This document shows positions 55,392 through 64,000 of a stretch of DNA of 64,000 bases, one piece after another (position 1 is the first letter of the stretch; every line of letters begins with the position of its first letter). Under the pieces are notes generated by a model. That model saw only the letters and a list, made by a program, of their open reading frames with translations. It did no database searches and was not told where the DNA came from. The translations under genes were made by a program, and so were the position numbers. Source of the stretch: Octopus vulgaris (taxonomy: Eukaryota); NCBI GenBank assembly GCA_951406725.2, contig OX597826.1, positions 76,880,001 through 76,944,000 of the forward strand, in the 5' to 3' direction.

Positions 55392-55971
55392 TGATAGAAA
55401 TGGTAAGACAACAAAATAATAAAAGAGACCTCGATATTATGTAAATAGAGGAATTTATCTGTAAATGTAATATGTGACAATTATTCGGCAGCCATGATAA
55501 AACTCCGAGTATCGGATGCTAAACGGTTCTAGAGTAATTAGTTTGATCACTCCCTGTTTAATTAGTCGTTATTAAACACAACGCAATTACGTCCATTTAT
55601 CATTTCATTCAAAACTAATATTTTGCAAAAGTTATCCATAACGAACGGCGGAAGAATTTAATTGTACAACTAGAAACAAGATGAAACAACATCGGAAACT
55701 TTAATGTATCGAAACGGTAAATATATTTAGAATAAAATATTTTGACATCATAAAGAACTGTCATTTTCACTCATTATGAAAGCAGGATCTTCCAGAGTCA
55801 TTTATTTCATTTCAAATTAAAAAATAATCAGTTTTATGATAGATTTCACGGGAACTTTATTGAAAATGGAAAACAGTTTTAGCAATTAAGTCGAGTTGAC
55901 TTTATTTGCATATACAAGCAAATGGCTGAATTTAAACTGATTTAAAAGTTATATACGTGTGTGTGTGTATA

Positions 55972-56134
55972 CTCTTTACTCTTTTACTTGTTTCAGTCAT
56001 TTGACTGTAGCCATGCTGAAGCCCCGCCTTTAGTCGAGCAAATCGTCCCCAGGACATATTCTTTTGCCGAACCGCTAGATTATGGGAACGTAAGCGATGT
56101 CGGGGGGGGGGGACAAACACAGACACACAAACAT

Positions 56135-56169
<35 letters not shown>

Positions 56170-56330
56170 CATATATACGACGGGCTTCTTTCAGTTTCTA
56201 CCAAATCCACTCACAAGGGTTTGGTCGGCCCGAGGCTATAGGAGAAGACACTTGCCCAAGGTGCCACGCAGTGGGACTGAACCCGGAACCATGAGGTTGG
56301 TAAGCAAGCTCCCTACCACAACCACTCCTA
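55972..56330 (-). mobile_element. CORE-like SINE copy
   Basis: Reverse complement of 19389-19762, well conserved. Confidence 0.85.
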
Positions 56331-56373
56331 CACCTATCTGTCTATCTATCTATCTATTTATCAATTTATCTAT

Positions 56374-58346
56374 CTGATCAATTTAGATCGATCGAAATCT
56401 TTCGATAGGGTAGACCATCGATACTTGGAGGCTGTCCTCAGAGCGGCTGGTTTCGGTCCCGTCTTCCGCGGCTGGATAGAGGTGTCCGTTCGGTTATTCG
56501 CGTAAATTGACAGCTATCGAGACCTTTCGACATTGCACGTTCGATCCGTCAGGGATACCCTCTCTCGTCACTTCTATACGTATTGACTCTCGATCCACTA
56601 CTGCGAAAGCTGGCGACTCTGAGGGGCATCCCGCGAGAACTGGGATGCGGGATGAGCGTGTCTGCATACGCAGACGACGTCACCGTCATAGTGTCTAGCC
56701 ACGAGCACGTTGAACTGGTCGGCGGGATACTGAAAGACTACGAAGCGGTGACAGGAGCGAAAATCAACCGGGAAAAGTCAGTGGGCTTGCGGCTCGGCAC
56801 CTGGAGAAGCAAGCCCATGCGCTCCACCAGCTTCTTCGTCATGGGACGCTGGACCGACGGCCCGGTCGAGTTGCTTGGGGTTTGGTTTGGTCCGGACCTC
56901 CAAATGGAGAAGAACTGGAACAAGATAGCGAGTAGGGTGGTTAGTCTTGCCCGGCAATGGGCCGAGAGGAAACTGTCCCTAAAAGGTCGGGCAGAGGTGG
57001 CGAACACGTACATCGCGTCCGTCATCTACTGCGCCTGACCGTCGTACCTTGTCCCGACCCTACTATCACCAAACTAGAACGCATTCTCTTCCGCTTCTTG
57101 TGGAAAGGATGTGTCCCGATGGTCAGGCGATCCATTTGCTGTCAACATCCGTTAAAAGAAGGGCTGGGCATGCCGTGGTTGATGATGCGCAGACACGCGC
57201 TGAGACTGCGACATCTCCGGCTCTACGTAGACGACGGTGAACAGGTGTGGTCGCCGTTTGTGAGACACGCTTTCCCGCAGCTTGTCTCCATGTCCGCACT
57301 GCAGCCGTTGATCAAAAAGAGGCCGAGGAAGGGCGAATGGCACCGCGAATGTCGCGTTGCTCTCAAACAACTATGCCGCCCCGGGTCAACCTTGAGCGAC
57401 TCCAACACAACCAAAGCATTCTATAGGGGGTTAGTGGAGGAGAGGTACGACGACGAGCTCGGGGCGAACCTGGGTGTCGACGAGGAATACCTGACCCGCC
57501 TGTTTAAGACGGCTTTCGGGTTGGGACCTATGGACAACTTCCAGAGATCCCTGGCCTGGCAGTGCTACCAAGAAGCGCTACCCGTTCGGGATAAGCTCTA
57601 CAGACACGGCTCGAGGAACACGGGGCCAACCTGCCCGAGATGCGGTCAGAGCGACGAAATCGTTCTGCACGCACTCGTGCAATGTCTAGCCATTTCCGAC
57701 CTGTGGGCTTATGTCGAACGACTGCTGTCACGTGTGGGACGAGTCAGTTTATCAGCCGAGTCTATCGTCAATATTGTCACGCCTCCTTCCTTCAAACGGG
57801 AAGGAAGAGCTATTTTCATCATCCTTGTGGCTATAGCGAAAGAATGTATCTGGTGGACGCGTTTGAAATGATTAAAGACAAACACTTTCCTCTCTGGTCA
57901 ATCTCTCATCAACTTCTTCAAGTGTCACTTGAAAAGGGAAGTGAGAGTAGAGAGGCAAGTTTTGTCGAGCGAATGTTTCAAAAAAAGATAGGTGAGTGTA
58001 GTAAGGATGGCACGTATGAATGACGATGCCACCTTGAGCATAGTCCTATGAACCCAGAAAAATTTAAAACAGAGAGTTACTTATAAATAAGTGGTAACAT
58101 GTGACATTATTGACCGAGGTTACCGTGGTCTTTTCCGTAGGCTTTTCTTTCCACGGATAAACCTTATCTGTTTCCCCTTTTACAGTCTATATCATGACTT
58201 TTCTGTGATACACGATATTGATCATTTTTTTCTTTTCTTTCCTTTTTACGATCCCTTTTGATCGAAAACCTACCCTCGTTTTCTTTTCTCCCCCAAAGGA
58301 AAAACTCTACCTTGTGTTCAGCCCTGTATGGGTAATAAAGAAACAT
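56374..58346 (+). mobile_element. 5'-truncated Tx1/L1-group LINE (RT, zinc knuckle, 3' UTR) within (TATC)n
   Basis: LDRSKSFDRVDHRYL..GFGPVFRGWI, SIRQGYPLSSLLY, AYADDVTV, KINREKS, LSLKGRAEVAN and CPRCGQSDEIVLHALVQC. AATAAA at 58334 then (TATC)n; (TATC)n also directly 5'. Few frameshifts or stops. Confidence 0.93.
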
Positions 58347-58407
58347 ATCTATCTATCTATCTATCAATCAATCAATCAATCAATTAATCAATCAATCAAT
58401 TAATCTG

Positions 58408-58462
<55 letters not shown>

Positions 58463-58495
58463 GTCTGTCCCTGACTTTCTATGTATTCACCTATT

Positions 58496-58576
<81 letters not shown>

Positions 58577-59217
58577 TAAGAGAAAGAGAGAGATTGATAG
58601 ATAGGTGGCTTGGGATAGACCGATAGATAGACAGATGTGTACATACACAAATATATATCTGTACATATACGTGCATACACAATTCCACCCATATGTGTGT
58701 GTGTGTGTTTGCCCGCACGCGTTGTGTATGTGTGTATGTATATCTGCATATATGCACTTATGTGTATATAAGGTGAGAAAAACAATATTACCAAGAAATT
58801 TTAAAATATTATTGCTGTTATTGTTATTAGCCCCTGTGGTCAATAAAGAAATAATTATTGTCACTTTGGCATTTCAGAATTGTTTTTGTTATTGCGTGCT
58901 TTCACTTCATAACCGAACTCAGTTCCGTGTTTTTTGGATGATTTTTTTTTTCTTCTCCCATCTGTCTCTTTTTCTCTCCCTATTTTCCTTTCTCTAGTAT
59001 TCAGCCAGTGTGTGAGTGAGTACTAGGTGTATTTAGTGATTTAGTTTTTTTTTTTTTTTTTTCTGAGTCAGTTTTTTTTATACTTTAATCATTCTCAAGA
59101 CAACCTATTGTATTGTAGGCTTTGTTTATTGTTTTTCAACTTCTTCATTTTGGATGTCTCTGTTTCAAGGTCTTCATATTATCACCATTATTATCCTTAC
59201 TGTTTTTGTTGCTGCGG

Positions 59218-59248
<31 letters not shown>

Positions 59249-59553
59249 AGTTATTGTCAGTATGTTTACTTTGTTTTTGTTTTTGTTTTTGTTTTTTTAA
59301 AGTTTTTTAGTTAAGTAACTCGACTACAATTTAGTTGAAAGGGACTCGTGCTGTTTGTTGAAAATAACAATATCGGTGCAGTTGTTTATGTACACTAAGA
59401 AAAGTGCGATAATATTGAATACTCAGTCATAAACAGCTTACGAGAAGAAGAAGAAGAAGAAGAAGAAGAAGAAGAAGAAGAAGAAGAAAAGACACAAAAG
59501 ACAAAATAAAAAAAAAAACATGATAAAGCCAAGGAAGTTGTGAAGTCAAATGA

Positions 59554-59626
59554 TATTAAACGAATGCTCCCTGTGGTGAACTTTGCAGCAGCCTTATTAA
59601 ACAAACGCTCCCTGTGGTGTACCCTT
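59554..59626. repeat. Two-copy imperfect direct repeat, 41-bp period
   Basis: TATTAAAC.AA.GCTCCCTGTGGTG.AC.TT at 59554 and 59595. Confidence 0.7.
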
Positions 59627-59894
59627 TCTCAGTTTTATTAGATAAACACTAAGTTTTCTAAACATTTTTCACAGAATGCCTTAATGGGTATTTATTAGAT
59701 TTTTTTCCTTATGAGGAGGATGGTAGGGGTGGATATTTTTTATTATTTTTGTTGTTTTCTTTTTAGATCTGATTATTTACATTTTTTTTTGTTTTGCTTA
59801 TATTTTTATATTAAGTTTCAATACTGTTTCGTTTGGATTATACATTTATATATATTTTTGTTTATTTTTCTTGTATTTTGAAATATTATTACTT

Positions 59895-59939
<45 letters not shown>

Positions 59940-60710
59940 TTGTTCTTTTTATTAGTTCGTGGTGGGAATTGTTTATTTTGTTCAGTCACTTTTCAAATCC
60001 CGCCTCGGCATGATCCGTCTCATTAGAGAAGTTTACTTCAACTACAGTCAAAACACGCAGAGGAATATAAATTAAAATTAAAAAATGGAAACGCAAAGCA
60101 ATTCGAATTCTAAATAAATATGTTGCCAATTTTCAGAAGCGTTTACAAAACAGAATAACACTAATAACGTCACCAAGGAGAAGCGAAAAGTAGTTGAAGT
60201 ATGGCACATCGTCTTGTAAAATTTGTGAGTTCATATCTGGTACAGAGCAGCGAAATACTCAGGTTTTGTTACCACTGTAGGATTTCCATTTTTTTATGGC
60301 TTAGACTAGGACGAAAGGCAGTGTAGATAGACTTTTCCAGAGGCTCCGTTACTGGTGGAGGACATAAAGCGACGAAATTGTTCTCAGATCACGAACATGC
60401 TTCCAATAGATTGCTCTCGCTACCGTTACCTAATGGCCACGTGGTGGTGTCCTGTGCGAGTCTCTATTCAATCTGCCATCACTCCTTATTAAGTGGTAGT
60501 GCAAGATTACATTATCTTCTGTTTTGAAAACCATAAAGCAAGGGGTAGTTTCCTTCAACAATTTGATACGGTGGCAGCTTCAAAATTAAATCTGGTTCAA
60601 GTAATATCATTCGACGCATGTTTCGGATGAATATGCGAAAACGCATCATCAAGAGGTATGCCGTTTGCTCCCTTTTAATATATTTAGGTCTTCACCAATG
60701 AAAGAAATTA

Positions 60711-61232
60711 CCGTAAGTCTTCGAGTATAATCCGCATTTTTCCCCAAAAATTTAAAGCTCAAAATCCCTAGTGCGTACTATATACGAGGTTCAAAATGAA
60801 AAATATTTTCTAAGCAATGTCCAAGTCTCTATTTGCTGTCCGGCAATGTTTACTCAGACGCATTTTGTGGTGTCGGGTGCGAAAATACCTTAAGCTAAGC
60901 CTGAAAGCAATGAAGTCATAAAAGAATCATCCATAACTTGCAGTAAGCAACATTTATTAAAATAAAAGTATTCAGAACGCAGAATAACATGTAACAAAAA
61001 CAATTTGCCAACATATTTACATTCCCATATAACTGTTAAGAACATCACCATTATTGTATTACGCATGCGCGGAAGTGTTTGTTCGACCAGGTGCTGCTGG
61101 CTTAATTACGCACGACTCAAGTTAGAGAAGGGGTGCGTATTATACACAAGATTTAGGCTTTTCAGAGGTACAACCCCTTAAAAATCCTCTGCATATTATA
61201 CTCAAGGGCGGACTATACTCGAGGATGTATGG
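60711..61232. mobile_element. Non-autonomous Tc2/pogo-like MITE
   Basis: TIRs CCGTAAGTCTTCGAGTATAATCCGC / GCGGACTATACTCGAGGATGTATGG (20/25 match). TA at left, CA at right. Internal TGCGTA.TATA.AC sub-terminal repeats. Confidence 0.75.
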
Positions 61233-61499
61233 CACATCTTTATAGCCTAAAGAGAGAACGAAGTTAGAAGCAATAGGTCACCTCTCAACATAATTATGCT
61301 TGTTATCTTTCCTTCCTAATCATTCTGTTTTCAAACCAGACGCGGGTGTCTTATCTACGTTTCAATAAAACATATTCTAGAGATCGAATGCGATTGATTT
61401 GAAGTACTTATGTTGCTAAAACAAAAGATAAATCGTGTGTTTAAAGGAAAAACTTATATTTGGTGAAGCGTGGTAAGCAATCAGCTGCCGGACGGATGG

Positions 61500-63780
61500 A
61501 GACTAGCTTCGATTTCACTTTCAGGTTGAATCGTATTTATTTCAATTTAATTTCAGTGGGATATATCACTGTAGAGTAATCGAATTTCAGCGAAGGTGTA
61601 TCAATGAGAACGAAGTCATTTAGATTTCTTCTGCAATTTTAATGAAACTCATCAAATAAAAAAAAATCCAATTTATTAGAGATTAGCTGTGCGCCATATC
61701 CGATGAAGATGATGATCGTTGCGTCCGCCAGAAGACGTTCTACAGGTTCCACTGGCGAATAGAGTCGTGAATTATGTCTATGATACAAATAAACTGTTCT
61801 AGATTTTGGCCAGTCTAGTGAGAGTTTTCATCCGGTTGAAGTCTTTCCAGAAAACGGGAAATGTCTTTCGTGAGTTACCTTGATGGTAGTTGAATACTGA
61901 AGTGAGCGTGTAACACTTAAAGCACCGCCGATATTGTCTCCCATTGCGAAAAGCTTAAATTATTGCTTTCCAGAGCAAATTTTATGTGGGTTCAAAACTT
62001 TGCAATTCTAGCTTCCTGAATTATTATTGGTTTTTGTACAAATTGTAGAAATATCAGTTATTTAGGAATCGCTTTAGCTCGGTTGACAGGCATAAATTCT
62101 CCCAATTTAAATGAATAAACAATGGCGTTTATTCATTTAGAAAGATAAGTTCTAACAGCAAAAACAATTATAATAATTATCACAACATGATGACACACGA
62201 AGATGAATGGAAAATTATACTGAATATACATTCAAACAGACGGATAGCTTTTTATGAATTGAATATCGATAAAATTTATGATTAATTTTTGTTGCACAAA
62301 TGGCAATGGGAACAAACTCACCATACGTTTTCAGGGTGTGATTCTTTTATAAAATGAAGAATTCTTCCTTTGTCAACTTAAAATTTATAATTATCAAAGT
62401 AGTAGCACAGGAACAACCCAGGCGATCCTCTAAAAGTTTCTCCATGCTTATAATTTTCAGTGTATGAGAAAAGGGAACATTTGACTTACGGCGTAGAATT
62501 TTATCATTTTTATTGTCAAAATAAAAAAAAGACTTTTGATTTTTCACAATGGTTCTCAAGGAAGCATTGTGAAAAATCAAAAAGGAAGCATTTTCGTTTC
62601 TCTACTTCTGTTCGACAATATGGTAAATATTTCGTGTCATGATAACACAAGAATCTTCAGAAAATGCTACGAGTCTGTCACCTTAAGGTTGCAACAACAG
62701 CTTCATCAGTAACATTTGTTTCAAAAGTATAAAGCGAATTATCATTCAAAACGGCAACTGCTGTGTTTCCAATATTTTTAAACAGAATTCATACATTTTA
62801 CAAAATCCACAAATAGAAGCAAACTTTTACTTCTTATCTCTCTAATATTTGAACACTAAATAGAAATGCTATGAGGTGCAAATCGCGAAGAATTCCCTGC
62901 TATTTTGAGGCATAAATAATTCTTTATGAGGTCGAAAGCGTTCTGGATTAGGGTGTAATACTCCATTAGGCTAACTAAGAAGTTTATTGCTGTTAGATTA
63001 TGTTGGCATTTATTTTTGTTTAAGCCCAGATTAATAAGTTGGAAAGCTTTATAGGTCACTAAAAACTCTGAATTTCTTTAACTTTATTATCATTGAAATA
63101 AGATACATTAACATTACTTTCATTCATAAATTCGTTGGACACTCACTGACACACCGACACACTATTTGCAATGTTCATAGACACACGTGTAATGTAATAG
63201 AGGCCCTCAACTTTTTATGATCTCTCAGTTATTACACAAAACTGATAACGAGCGTAACATGGATCAATTTTGTTATAATGTATTTGCATAGAAGGGAACA
63301 TTTTTAGGTGGGGCGGATGAATTAATGACAAAAATTCATTACAAACTTTTAATTAGCCGAATTGATTGACCGACTAAAGCATGCCGTGGCTTTCTATGAA
63401 GCATTCTGCTAAAGCTTTTGAGATTTCTGACTCTTTAAAATTTTCACCTTCTACAGGAATCGGTGAAGTTTAACAGCAATAGATTGAGTGAGATTTTGGT
63501 AAGATTTAGCAGGTTCCCTCGGCAAATCTAGTTCGATAACAACAACATTAACAAGAAGTTTTTGATATCTGATAAATAACTAAATTTTTAGGTAATTTCA
63601 AAACGGCTACACCGAGAGCAGGTCTTTGGGCCGCTACAGAAATATATTCATATGGAAGAATATACCATAAACTATCTCCAGTCTTTTTACACATTGGCAA
63701 AAGAACCCTTTTAGCTGGACATGAGGTGCAGCGTGAATCTTCGAGTGACCTCAGAAAAAGTTGGGTCAAGATTTAAGGTT
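61500..63780 (-). pseudogene. Tentative, very decayed Penelope-like reverse transcriptase ORF
   Basis: Scattered minus-strand peptides in plausible order: C..C...KTGDSL, PREP, FVI....NVPF/CKY, LHPNPERFRP, CLKN..LNDNSLYT and, later, IYPTEIKLK. Many stops and frameshifts; spacing is imperfect. Confidence 0.35.
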
Positions 63781-64000
63781 TACTGCCATTCCCCAAAATT
63801 AATATGTAAATTTCCATCATCAGCATCAGACAGTCTCACATAAATAACACAGTTTAATAAGATTCAGGATTAGATTGAGTTTATTAGAAAGAGCAAACTC
63901 TTTGCATGTTGTTAGGCGCTGTTAAGACTTATTCTGTAATAATTTGGTCTTTCTCCCTTCGTTATCGTTTTCCTACATTTGCAACCAGCAATCAACGACA

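Noticed and set aside
59554-59626. Repeat-spacer-repeat resembling a CRISPR array
   Set aside because: Only two imperfect copies, ~10-bp spacer, eukaryotic context, no cas genes.
61640-61860. Minus-strand SGKTS and FLFDEFH suggesting a DExH helicase or endogenous virus, plus LDPTFS at ~63760
   Set aside because: The motifs are interrupted by stops, spacing is short, and LDPTF lies upstream rather than downstream. A PLE remnant or chance explains them better.
62295-62330. Plus-strand MAMGTNSP resembling a PLE RT motif
   Set aside because: No downstream YxDD in frame, and it conflicts with the minus-strand motif series; likely chance.

Overview
This is eukaryotic, very AT-rich DNA saturated with microsatellites. 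It is intronic or intergenic; the SINE repertoire and repeat density suggest a cephalopod, probably Octopus (inference). No host protein-coding gene can be identified with confidence, and nearly all ORFs in the supplied track are artefacts of simple repeats. Recognisable content is almost all mobile DNA: a 5'-truncated CR1-group LINE; several Tx1/L1-group LINE fragments, the youngest embedded in (TATC)n; two R4/Dong-type 3' fragments and a ~550-bp non-coding element, all associated with (TAA)n-type tracts; an RTE reverse-transcriptase remnant; a near full-length decayed mariner; a Tc2/pogo-like MITE; a Helentron-like non-autonomous element; three tRNA-derived SINE families; and Penelope-like remnants. 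Most interesting are (i) two adjacent fold-back structures at 54.5-55.4 kb carrying minimal type I hammerhead ribozyme motifs, one canonical and one with a compensatory U3-A8 core; (ii) a Tx1-like LINE apparently tied to (GATA)n/(TATC)n whose 3' end is shared by a Deu/Nin-domain SINE subfamily; and (iii) a (TAA)n-embedded non-coding element that may be a passenger of Dong/R4. All alignments were done by eye and boundaries are approximate.
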